Virus record (IMG/VR): IMGVR_UViG_2778261574_000008
Location: 1-32,400 of that record
DNA: 32,400 nucleotides
Origin: a virus
Lineage: Duplodnaviria > Heunggongvirae > Uroviricota > Caudoviricetes
Strand: one strand, 5' to 3'
Under the pieces are notes generated by a model that did no database searches, was not told the origin of the DNA, and saw nothing but the letters and a program-made list of their open reading frames with translations. Below, one piece after another: positions 1 to 7,491 of the stretch. Positions within the stretch are counted from its first letter, which is position 1, and each line of letters opens with the position of its first letter. Made by a program: the position numbers and the translations under genes.

Positions 1-1248
1 ATGGCACTGAATATTCCATTCAGAAATGCGTACTATCGTTTTGCATCCAGTTACTCATTTCTCTTTTTTATTTCCTGGTCGCTGTGGTGGTCGTTATACG
101 CTATTTGGCTGAAAGGACATCTAGGGTTGACAGGGACGGAATTAGGTACACTTTATTCGGTCAACCAGTTTACCAGCATTCTATTTATGATGTTCTACGG
201 CATCGTTCAGGATAAACTCGGTCTGAAGAAACCGCTCATCTGGTGTATGAGTTTCATCCTGGTCTTGACCGGACCGTTTATGATTTACGTTTATGAACCG
301 TTACTGCAAAGCAATTTTTCTGTAGGTCTAATTCTGGGGGCGCTATTTTTTGGCTTGGGGTATCTGGCGGGATGCGGTTTGCTTGATAGCTTCACCGAAA
401 AAATGGCGCGAAATTTTCATTTCGAATATGGAACAGCGCGCGCCTGGGGATCTTTTGGCTATGCTATTGGCGCGTTCTTTGCCGGCATATTTTTTAGTAT
501 CAGTCCCCATATCAACTTCTGGTTGGTCTCGCTATTTGGCGCTGTATTTATGATGATCAACATGCGTTTTAAAGATAAGGATCACCAGTGCGTAGCGGCA
601 GATGCGGGAGGGGTAAAAAAAGAGGATTTTATCGCAGTTTTCAAGGATCGAAACTTCTGGGTTTTCGTCATATTTATTGTGGGGACGTGGTCTTTCTATA
701 ACATTTTTGATCAACAACTTTTTCCTGTCTTTTATTCAGGTTTATTCGAATCACACGATGTAGGAACGCGCCTGTATGGTTATCTCAACTCATTCCAGGT
801 GGTACTCGAAGCGCTGTGCATGGCGATTATTCCTTTCTTTGTGAATCGGGTAGGGCCAAAAAATGCATTACTTATCGGAGTTGTGATTATGGCGTTGCGT
901 ATCCTTTCCTGCGCGCTGTTCGTTAACCCCTGGATTATTTCATTAGTGAAGTTGTTACATGCCATTGAGGTTCCACTTTGTGTCATATCCGTCTTCAAAT
1001 ACAGCGTGGCAAACTTTGATAAGCGCCTGTCGTCGACGATCTTTCTGATTGGTTTTCAAATTGCCAGTTCGCTTGGGATTGTGCTGCTTTCAACGCCGAC
1101 TGGGATACTCTTTGACCACGCAGGCTACCAAACAGTTTTCTTCGCAATTTCGGGTATTGTCTGCCTGATGTTGCTATTTGGCATTTTCTTCTTGAGTAAA
1201 AAACGCGAGCAAATAGTTATGGAAACGCCTGTACCTTCAGCAATATAG
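1..1248 (+). CDS. cscB: LacY-family MFS oligosaccharide:H+ symporter, most likely sucrose permease CscB (host gene flanking the prophage)
   Basis: 415-aa ORF, about 12 hydrophobic segments, length and residue pattern match the LacY/CscB/RafB family; the N-terminus MALNIPFRNAYYRF... is recalled as CscB. Family call is firm; the exact orthologue rests on memory. Confidence 0.75.
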   Translation: MALNIPFRNAYYRFASSYSFLFFISWSLWWSLYAIWLKGHLGLTGTELGTLYSVNQFTSILFMMFYGIVQDKLGLKKPLIWCMSFILVLTGPFMIYVYEPLLQSNFSVGLILGALFFGLGYLAGCGLLDSFTEKMARNFHFEYGTARAWGSFGYAIGAFFAGIFFSISPHINFWLVSLFGAVFMMINMRFKDKDHQCVAADAGGVKKEDFIAVFKDRNFWVFVIFIVGTWSFYNIFDQQLFPVFYSGLFESHDVGTRLYGYLNSFQVVLEALCMAIIPFFVNRVGPKNALLIGVVIMALRILSCALFVNPWIISLVKLLHAIEVPLCVISVFKYSVANFDKRLSSTIFLIGFQIASSLGIVLLSTPTGILFDHAGYQTVFFAISGIVCLMLLFGIFFLSKKREQIVMETPVPSAI

Positions 1249-1689
1249 ACGTAAACTTTTTCCGGTTGTTGTCGATAGCTCTATATCCCTCAACCGGAAA
1301 ATAATAATAGTAAAATGCTTAGCCCTGCTAATAATCGCCTAATCCAAACGCCTCATTCATGTTCTGGTACAGTCGCTCAAATGTACTTCAGATGCGCGGT
1401 TCGCTGATTTCCAGGACATTGTCGTCATTCAGTGACCTGTCCCGTGTATCACGGTCCTGCGAATTCATCAAGGAATGCATTGCGGAGTGAAGTATCGAGT
1501 CACGCCATATTTCGCTATCAGGATTCTGTGTGATGGTTACATCGCCCGGCTCAGGGCTGTTTAGTCATCAGCGCTTTCTGACAGTGCTGAGATTTCAACC
1601 TGTTGCAGTAAAAATGAGTAGATATAAGGCAAGTGTGCTGCCAAACCCATCTTTTACGGGGTGAAGGTAGATTTCGTTTGAAGGGTATC

Positions 1690-1704
1690 TGGTGTCCCCT
1701 GCAG
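1690..1704 (-). other. Putative prophage attR core: 15-bp fragment matching the 3' end of tRNA-Arg (argW type), CTGCAGGGGACACCA on the minus strand, with no tRNA 5' half
   Basis: Minus strand reads CTGCAGGGGACACCA, which matches my recollection of the argW 3' acceptor end including CCA. Upstream sequence does not form a tRNA, so this is a core duplicate, not a gene. Orientation puts phage DNA at higher coordinates. Confidence 0.4.
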
Positions 1705-1777
1705 ACATCGACTTGAGGCGGCAGGGGATTGATTGGAATGGTGTTTTTTAGATGTGAGAAATATTTTACCCGCTATT

Positions 1778-1978
1778 TTACCCATTGGCGCGGCTTAAGA
1801 GCTTATTTTTGAATTCACAATGGTCACGATATAACCATCTTGCTCGACCGTGGATAACTTTGGCTTTTGGCAGGTCGCCGGACTTAATCCGGTCGTAGAT
1901 GAAGGTTTTACCGAAGCCAGTATCAGCCATGATGAATTTCAAATCAACCAGTGAATCAGGTTGTAGTTCGTGTTGCAT
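1778..1978 (-). CDS. torI: Excisionase / AlpA-family winged-helix DNA-binding protein (TorI-type prophage Xis)
   Basis: 66 aa with an AlpA/Xis-like helix-turn-helix region (FIMADTGFGKTFIYDRIKSGDLP). It sits directly next to the att core at the prophage end, as in the KplE1 (CPS-53) prophage where torI lies at attR. The symbol rests on recalled size, position and family. Confidence 0.6.
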   Translation of the reverse strand: MQHELQPDSLVDLKFIMADTGFGKTFIYDRIKSGDLPKAKVIHGRARWLYRDHCEFKNKLLSRANG

Positions 1979-2021
1979 GAGTGCTATCTCCGAATAGGGA
2001 ATCGAACCTGCAAATCAGGCA

Positions 2022-2043
2022 ATAAAAAACCGCATTGATGCGG
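2022..2043 (-). terminator. Intrinsic terminator-like hairpin at the distal end of the leftward early operon
   Basis: Minus strand reads CCGCATCAATGCGG followed by TTTTTTATT, about 80 nt downstream of the 2122..2337 ORF. Confidence 0.45.
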
Positions 2044-2121
2044 CGATGGTATGTCTGGATATCTTGAGAAATGAACAGGCCTCATCGAGTGTGAGGCGGT
2101 GTGATTTCTTTATTTCCACTC

Positions 2122-2337
2122 TTAATGCTTGTCAGTGAATGGTTTCTCCATCTCCATTAATGCCTTATTCATATCATTTCGTAACTCTATAGCCATCCTG
2201 ACGGCTTCAACTTGTGCAGGATGTCGGTTAATTGCTGGAGAATATCGTCGGGAGCGAAGGATTGAGAAAACAAAGATAATGCAAGCAACTATCTGAATTG
2301 CATTGCATATTATTGATACAATGTGAATTGCAGCCAT
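2122..2337 (-). CDS. Hypothetical small protein with a hydrophobic N-terminal segment (possible small membrane protein)
   Basis: 71-aa ORF; residues 5-27 (IVSIICNAIQIVACIIFVFSIL) look like one transmembrane helix. Last gene before the terminator. Confidence 0.4.
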   Translation of the reverse strand: MAAIHIVSIICNAIQIVACIIFVFSILRSRRYSPAINRHPAQVEAVRMAIELRNDMNKALMEMEKPFTDKH

Positions 2338-2414
2338 CTACTACCCCAAATAAAAAACCGCCATCAGGCGGCTTGGTGTTCTTTCAGTTCTTCAATTCGA
2401 ATATTGGTTACGCC

Positions 2415-2726
2415 TCATTCGATGCGCACTCCTGGTATTTCGCCTTTTGATATTGCTAAGTCATAAATTTGCGCGGCACTATACCCATCTCGCATCCATG
2501 AATCTAAGGCGCTAACAGCCTCGCTACGCTTTTTATCTTCTCTCTCATTTTTGATATCAACGAGGACATCAACGCAATTAAGGCAAATGTGGATTTTGTC
2601 CTTACATTCGATCATGGCGGCTTTACCATGATTTCCGCCACACAGTGAGCATAAATCTTCAGGGTCTGGCTGGTATTTCTGTAACGTTAGAGGGTTGAAT
2701 GTTGAACAGGTCATAATCATCTCCAT
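2415..2726 (-). CDS. Hypothetical phage protein with a Cys-rich zinc-ribbon-like motif
   Basis: 103-aa ORF with CxxC ... C ... CxxC spacing (CSLCGG ... CLNC); co-oriented in the early-left operon. Confidence 0.5.
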   Translation of the reverse strand: MEMIMTCSTFNPLTLQKYQPDPEDLCSLCGGNHGKAAMIECKDKIHICLNCVDVLVDIKNEREDKKRSEAVSALDSWMRDGYSAAQIYDLAISKGEIPGVRIE

Positions 2727-2813
2727 AAAATAAAACTCGCCGTAGCGAGTTCAGATAAAAGAAATCCCCGCGAATGCGAGGATTGTTATTCACCTTTGAC
2801 GTCAAGTTGCAGG

Positions 2814-3116
2814 TTAGCCATGGTTAACCTCCTGCGGAGTAGCCTTTACAAGCACTGGTGTAAATCCATCTTCATTAAGGTTATGAATATAGACTTCCGT
2901 TCTCCTGCGCTCTTCAGCGTTTAATATGGTTTCTGGATCATAAACCCATACTTTCATTCGACTATTCCATGAAGAAATCGCTTCAGATCTAGTTCGTTTT
3001 TCTGGTCCTTGGGCACCACATTTGCATGACACATAGCGCATTTTCCCTCTGATACTGAATGAGTATCCGATGTTAAGCACAGTGGAACCACAGAATGGGC
3101 AGCGATAGAGATTCAT
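2814..3116 (-). CDS. Lar-family restriction alleviation protein
   Basis: 100 aa with an N-terminal CPFCG zinc motif and CKCG second motif, typical of the Lar family; stop overlaps the upstream gene. Confidence 0.6.
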   Translation of the reverse strand: MNLYRCPFCGSTVLNIGYSFSIRGKMRYVSCKCGAQGPEKRTRSEAISSWNSRMKVWVYDPETILNAEERRRTEVYIHNLNEDGFTPVLVKATPQEVNHG

Positions 3117-3793
3117 AAATCATCCACCTTAGGCGCAGCTGAGACAGCAACATTCCAGAACTCAGAAAACATATTGTATGCACCAGATAGATTGGAAGTG
3201 GCATACCCTCCAAGCTCACTTCTAATCTGAACGGCTCTCATCATTTCCGGCGTTAACTCCTTCGGCACCATAACCCAACCATCCGGAGTTACCGGAGAGT
3301 TGCCATCCAGCGCGTTCAACTTGTAAGCCTGGCTTACAGGTTCGGCACTATGAAGCATGGCAGCGCGGCAGGCGTTCCAGCCTTGAACCTTAGCTATTGC
3401 CACAACTGCATCGGTAAAGAACATTCTCGCGGTATCTGGCTCCGGCATTTCATCCGGCACCGCTTGCTGCGGTAACTGTGGTACAGTCAGTGACTCCAAT
3501 TCAGCGATACGCTTCTCTGCGGCTTCCAGTTCATCAAGCAGCGCCAAGACGGTAGCCGGATTGGCTGCGGCGATGAATTCAGCATTGGCCTGCTGTTCCA
3601 TTTGGAAATCTTCATCGAAACCGCTTTCAGGATGCGCTCCTTCAATTCTGCAAATGGGAAGATATCCAACAACTTCACGATGAATTAGCGCATCACCAGC
3701 ATCAAATCTCTCCTCTCCATATTCGAGCGACCACGCACCACACGTTGCTTTTTCTGCTGCCTCACGCAGTGCCTGATAGTCAATCTTGTTCAT
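3113..3793 (-). CDS. Ead/Ea22-like early-region protein
   Basis: 226 aa; N-terminus MNKIDYQALREAAEKAT plus a coiled-coil segment (LLDELEAAEKRIAELE) resemble the Ead/Ea22 family of lambdoid early-left regions. Confidence 0.6.
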   Translation of the reverse strand: MNKIDYQALREAAEKATCGAWSLEYGEERFDAGDALIHREVVGYLPICRIEGAHPESGFDEDFQMEQQANAEFIAAANPATVLALLDELEAAEKRIAELESLTVPQLPQQAVPDEMPEPDTARMFFTDAVVAIAKVQGWNACRAAMLHSAEPVSQAYKLNALDGNSPVTPDGWVMVPKELTPEMMRAVQIRSELGGYATSNLSGAYNMFSEFWNVAVSAAPKVDDL

Positions 3794-3794
3794 G

Positions 3795-4094
3795 TCACAT
3801 CACCCTGAAGCCGTTGCATTTACGTAAGAAATCGCAGATATAGCCCTTCATTTTTTCATGCCAATCTCGATCATTCCCATTGCACCACCCATCAGGTGGA
3901 GTCCAGTTTTCTATCAGAGCAGCCATTTTCTTTGCTTTCGCCGGAGTAGCTGTTGCGGTATCGCAGTAATGACGAGTGTCAACAAACTTATCCATGCCAT
4001 CGATATCAAGTACGCAAAACCATGTGTGATTCGGAATTCCTACAGGTGGTATTTGTTGCCCACGTCGGCGTTTATCAATGAGATATACACTCAC
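3795..4094 (-). CDS. Hypothetical phage protein
   Basis: 99-aa ORF tightly packed (2-4 nt gaps or overlaps) with neighbours in the leftward operon. Confidence 0.5.
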   Translation of the reverse strand: MSVYLIDKRRRGQQIPPVGIPNHTWFCVLDIDGMDKFVDTRHYCDTATATPAKAKKMAALIENWTPPDGWCNGNDRDWHEKMKGYICDFLRKCNGFRVM

Positions 4095-4495
4095 TGGTTA
4101 CCTCCTTTGCGAAGCTCTGCGGCGAACTCGTTAAGTGATATGTAGCAATCTCCAAATGTTAACGAACCGCTCGACTGCATATGCTCCATAGCCATCTCCA
4201 CACCCTGCGCCCGTACTTCAGCCAGGAAAGCATCGGTGGCTGGGGTTTCCGTGAAGTTGTCCTCCCAACCGTAGTACTCCTGACGACAGAAGTTATTAAA
4301 TTCCTTCTCCGACTGTTTAAGCGCCGCATTATCCGCTGCCAGCGCCGCGCACTTGGCCTCCGCTTCAGCAAATTTACGCACCAGATATTCAGCGTTTGTT
4401 TCGTTAACCTTTAAATCTCGTGGGATGCATTTACCTTTCAGAAAACCATCCATCTCAATTAGTGACATTTGTTTCATTTCTTCCCACTCCGCCAC
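4091..4495 (-). CDS. Hypothetical phage protein
   Basis: 134-aa ORF whose stop overlaps the next gene start; charged, helical composition. Confidence 0.5.
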   Translation of the reverse strand: MAEWEEMKQMSLIEMDGFLKGKCIPRDLKVNETNAEYLVRKFAEAEAKCAALAADNAALKQSEKEFNNFCRQEYYGWEDNFTETPATDAFLAEVRAQGVEMAMEHMQSSGSLTFGDCYISLNEFAAELRKGGNQ

Positions 4496-4656
4496 ATCGC
4501 ATTCAGATATTTGTTTTGATTCACTGATGGAAACGAGTTTCGCTTAAGTAATTCCTCTCTCGATGGCATTGGCTTTACGCGTTGGCGAATAATCATTTCT
4601 GCCGGAAGAATGCCGGGATTGTATGCAAGTCCTCTCATGGTAAATTCCTCAGTCAT
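4474..4656 (-). CDS. Hypothetical small protein (60 aa from the internal start; the ORF is open up to 4791)
   Basis: ATG at 4654-4656 overlaps the stop of the 4649..4945 gene, suggesting translational coupling; fills the gap between two flanking genes. Confidence 0.4.
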   Translation of the reverse strand: MTEEFTMRGLAYNPGILPAEMIIRQRVKPMPSREELLKRNSFPSVNQNKYLNAMWRSGKK

Positions 4657-4945
4657 TACTGATAGCGCCATAGCGTGAGCGGTAATTACGCAGGCGCGGG
4701 TCGATATATTCAGGGAAGTGGGTATATGTGGCTTTGCGGAATGGTCGGATTGATGTCTGGTAAATTCGCTCGCGTTCTTCTTTCTCTGCAAGCCATATAC
4801 AATGGCGAAATTCCTTTTCCTCTTTCGTTTCCTGCGGTAGCGACATTATCCGGTCGTAGTTTTTCCTGAATTTATCCAGCACCTCCGATACGGAATTGCC
4901 GGAACAGCGGCGCGGGTCATCCGCACCATACAGAGGCGCTGGCAT
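4649..4945 (-). CDS. Hypothetical 98-aa protein at the Abc (anti-RecBCD) position downstream of the recombination genes; possibly Abc2-like
   Basis: 98-aa ORF immediately downstream of erf/ssb, matching the size and position of P22 Abc2. Sequence identity not verified. Confidence 0.45.
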   Translation of the reverse strand: MPAPLYGADDPRRCSGNSVSEVLDKFRKNYDRIMSLPQETKEEKEFRHCIWLAEKEERERIYQTSIRPFRKATYTHFPEYIDPRLRNYRSRYGAISND

Positions 4946-4968
4946 AATGGAATCCTTATTTTGCTAAT

Positions 4969-5352
4969 TTAGAAGGGAATTGAATCGTCGTATTCAGGAT
5001 GATTTTGATGATTGCTACTTTGTTGCTGTTGGCTGTTTCCTGAAGTTGCAAATCCAATCTTTGCATTCAGTAATTCAAGAGTGATTGATTGACCATTTTG
5101 CCCCTGATAAACATCAACCCTGATGTTTTCTCCGGTAATTTCAACAATGCCACCTTCAACAAGAACACTACAGTAGTAATCCACTTGCGCTCCCGGCTTG
5201 GCAAATACAACGGCGCTGTAGTTTGTCCATTCTTTCTTTTTTGTCTGGCGATCGTAATACTGAACGCCAGCACGGATGTTGAATCCGATATTTTCCCCAG
5301 CCTGAAACTCTCTTGCAGGTTTGTTTAGTCTTACAGTAATCGAATGTGCCAT
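4969..5352 (-). CDS. ssb: Single-stranded DNA-binding protein-like (phage SSB)
   Basis: 127 aa with a Gln/Ser-rich linker and an acidic C-terminal tail ending YDDSIPF, the hallmark SSB tail (DDDIPF); directly follows erf. Confidence 0.55.
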   Translation of the reverse strand: MAHSITVRLNKPAREFQAGENIGFNIRAGVQYYDRQTKKKEWTNYSAVVFAKPGAQVDYYCSVLVEGGIVEITGENIRVDVYQGQNGQSITLELLNAKIGFATSGNSQQQQSSNHQNHPEYDDSIPF

Positions 5353-5957
5353 TAAGCAATCGCTCCTTCTAATTCGTCTCGTCTGATGTTGTAAACGTCC
5401 TGCGCTTTGTGCTGCTCAGGTGTGCCTTCGAGCATCTTCCACGCTTTGGCGAACGCCTGTTTAAGCTCTTCTACGGTGTTTTTTTGCATTGCTGCGTCAG
5501 TGAATGCTTTTAGAACCTGTTCAGGTGTAGGTGATGGTTTTGATTGCTTTGCTGCTGCGTTCTGCTGATGTTTATGCTCGTCTGTATCTGCATCTTTCGC
5601 ATCATCAATGCCGAACAAACCATTGAGGCAATACTTGCGTGCATAAGAGCTTGTAGCTCCAGTAACTTGTGCAGAATCCATTCCTTTCTTGCTTTCTTCC
5701 TCTCGTGCAAGGGCAGTTGCCGTATGACTGTTTTCGCCATCGGTAATAGTTGCCGTGGCTTTCACGTAATACCGATCACCAATCAACACAACTTCATCGC
5801 TGATTGATAAAAACAGGCCATTCAGTAACGGCTTAACGCCTTCAAGAATGTCTTCGCAGCTTCTGTATTTATATTTACCGAATGAGTTGTACTGATTCTT
5901 TGGCGCGTTCAGATTCTCCTGAATAGCTGCCAGTCTTGCGTAAAATTCTTTGCTCAT
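5352..5957 (-). CDS. erf: Erf-family single-strand annealing recombinase
   Basis: ORF open 5352..5987; likely start at MSKEFYARLAAIQ (5957). Pattern resembles P22 Erf; sits in the recombination slot of the pL operon. Confidence 0.7.
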   Translation of the reverse strand: MSKEFYARLAAIQENLNAPKNQYNSFGKYKYRSCEDILEGVKPLLNGLFLSISDEVVLIGDRYYVKATATITDGENSHTATALAREEESKKGMDSAQVTGATSSYARKYCLNGLFGIDDAKDADTDEHKHQQNAAAKQSKPSPTPEQVLKAFTDAAMQKNTVEELKQAFAKAWKMLEGTPEQHKAQDVYNIRRDELEGAIA

Positions 5958-6058
5958 ATGATTGTTCTCAGAATGGACACGGCCCAAGGAAATAACGCTG
6001 ATTTAATACTTCGACTCGGGACAAGTTAAGGCATACCCGCATTCCTTCGCGGTCACCA

Positions 6059-6217
6059 TTATGGCGATACCAGAGAGCTTTCTGCGTGTACATGCGTCTC
6101 TGTAACTTGCTCTCCTTCACTGTGGTTGCAAGTGACATGAATATCTCCTTCGTTACCGATTAATTCTTTCATCTGACGAATGAATTCTTCGTCTGACCAG
6201 TTATCTGTAAAACTCAT
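6059..6217 (-). CDS. Hypothetical small protein at the kil position (52 aa from the coupled start)
   Basis: ATG at 6215-6217 overlaps the stop of the cIII-like gene; acidic small protein. Function unknown; the Kil analogy is positional only. Confidence 0.35.
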   Translation of the reverse strand: MSFTDNWSDEEFIRQMKELIGNEGDIHVTCNHSEGEQVTETHVHAESSLVSP

Positions 6218-6384
6218 GGACGGCCTTGTTGTTTCAAAATATCCCAAAGCTTTTCGAGCAAACTTTTCATTCTTGGTTGTTTAAAGTCTGCTCCGGTTAA
6301 AATATTTTTTCGTGAATGCTGTACCGATAAAATCGGGTTGAAAGGGCGAACCGATGCCGCCCCTGCAATAGCGAACTGTTGCAT
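6214..6384 (-). CDS. cIII: CIII-like protein (FtsH inhibitor / lysogeny promoting)
   Basis: 56 aa from the ATG at 6384, preceded by an AAGGAG Shine-Dalgarno 8 nt upstream. MQQFAIAG... and ...LWDILKQQGRP resemble lambda CIII (MQYAIAG... LIDILNQPG). Confidence 0.5.
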   Translation of the reverse strand: MQQFAIAGAASVRPFNPILSVQHSRKNILTGADFKQPRMKSLLEKLWDILKQQGRP

Positions 6385-6446
6385 AGGATGCTCCTTCTGT
6401 TTGATTGCATAACGAAAACGCCTCGAGTGAAGCGTTATTGGTATGC

Positions 6447-6474
6447 ATATAAAAATGCCCTCACATCGGAGGGC
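6447..6474 (-). terminator. tL-like intrinsic terminator between the N-proximal genes and cIII
   Basis: Minus strand reads GCCCTCCGATGTGAGGGC followed by ATTTTTAT. Confidence 0.4.
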
Positions 6475-6569
6475 AAAGAAGATTTCCAATAATCAGAACA
6501 AGTCGGCTCCTGTTTAGTTACGAGCGACATTGCTCCGTGTATTCACTCGTTGGAATGAATACACAGTGC

Positions 6570-6758
6570 TTATTCGTCATGCATTTCAGGTAATTCTTCG
6601 TATTCGACGCCCCATACGAGTTTACACCAACTAACTCGCTCATATCTTTTACAAAAATCAGACCACATGACTTGTGTTCCATCATGGTTTGTTATTACTT
6701 CTGTAATATCACCAACACTAACAAAACTGGTATTAGAAGCAGTTATTTTTACTTTCAT
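6570..6758 (-). CDS. Hypothetical small protein
   Basis: 62-aa ORF; its start overlaps the stop of the upstream 44-aa ORF (TAATG). Confidence 0.4.
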   Translation of the reverse strand: MKVKITASNTSFVSVGDITEVITNHDGTQVMWSDFCKRYERVSWCKLVWGVEYEELPEMHDE

Positions 6759-6892
6759 TACTTATCTCCAAGAGCATTTGCAGCCTCTTTTGCTTTGTGA
6801 ATCCATAGCATAGCCATGTAGTACACAACCTTTTCGTCGGCTCCTGTGATATCTTGCTCTGCCATCCATTTTGTAAATTCAACTGCGTTCAT
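6758..6892 (-). CDS. Hypothetical small protein (44 aa), below the ORF-track cutoff
   Basis: ATG preceded by a GAGGTG Shine-Dalgarno; stop overlaps the downstream start; predicted MNAVEFTKWMAEQDITGADEKVVYYMAMLWIHKAKEAANALGDK. Confidence 0.4.
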   Translation of the reverse strand: MNAVEFTKWMAEQDITGADEKVVYYMAMLWIHKAKEAANALGDK

Positions 6893-6931
6893 ATTCACCT
6901 CTGTTGTTTATGCTAAAAATAAAGGCCACCA

Positions 6932-7183
6932 TCAGGCAGCCTTGTTGTAAATGTTGCAGGTATCAAGTAAGTAATTAGATGGAGCGCCATAAATTATGAA
7001 TTCATCGTTTGTCGGGTCCATCTCCATCTCTTGGCCTATTGCCATTCTTGCGTCAGTGTCATCAGCGGCGAAGCATAAAACAGCCCACGCACCCATTGTT
7101 TTAAAAAGAACTGCAATTGGCTGTGGTTTTACTGAATTTGCGTTAGCGCGAAAATCACAAATCGCACTTTCATGAAATTCCAT
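6932..7183 (-). CDS. Hypothetical early protein immediately downstream of N
   Basis: 83-aa ORF, same strand, 8 nt after the N stop. Confidence 0.45.
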   Translation of the reverse strand: MEFHESAICDFRANANSVKPQPIAVLFKTMGAWAVLCFAADDTDARMAIGQEMEMDPTNDEFIIYGAPSNYLLDTCNIYNKAA

Positions 7184-7191
7184 ATCTCACC

Positions 7192-7491
7192 TCAAATAAG
7201 TGGTTTGCTGCCTAATTTCATTTTCTGGCGACCAACACAAGTCACACCCATTTCACTACGTGGCTTGCTGTAGTAAATACGGTTCTGTTTACTCTCGACT
7301 TCTTCTGCCTTCTTGCAGCGAAGGCTTCCGAGTGATGCTGCTTTGTCTGCTCTGACGCAACCAGAGAGCTTTAGCGCAATTTTTCGCGTCAGTCGCTGCT
7401 CTTGCATTGCCTGTTCACGTTGAGCCTGTCTGCGTGCTCTGCGGCGATTTCTGGCGTTATCGTCAGCCAGATATGTAATGACTACTGTCAT
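7192..7491 (-). CDS. N: N-like transcription antitermination protein (phage 21 / P22 gp24 type)
   Basis: About 100 aa from MTVVITY (GGAGG Shine-Dalgarno 6 nt upstream); N-terminal arginine-rich motif NARNRRRARRQAQREQ; C-terminal two-thirds match my recollection of phage 21 N. The ORF-track N-terminal extension is rejected. Confidence 0.65.
   Translation of the reverse strand: MTVVITYLADDNARNRRRARRQAQREQAMQEQRLTRKIALKLSGCVRADKAASLGSLRCKKAEEVESKQNRIYYSKPRSEMGVTCVGRQKMKLGSKPLI

Noticed and set aside
350-998. Short ORFs inside or antisense to the permease gene
   Set aside because: Nested within a full-length membrane transporter gene in other frames; no independent support.
1249-1777. Possible integrase pseudogene between the permease gene and the excisionase
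   Set aside because: Reverse-strand translation by eye of the segment I could check (about 1381-1700) in all three frames shows frequent stops and no tyrosine-recombinase catalytic motifs. Absence of int here is explained by the split int/xis architecture.
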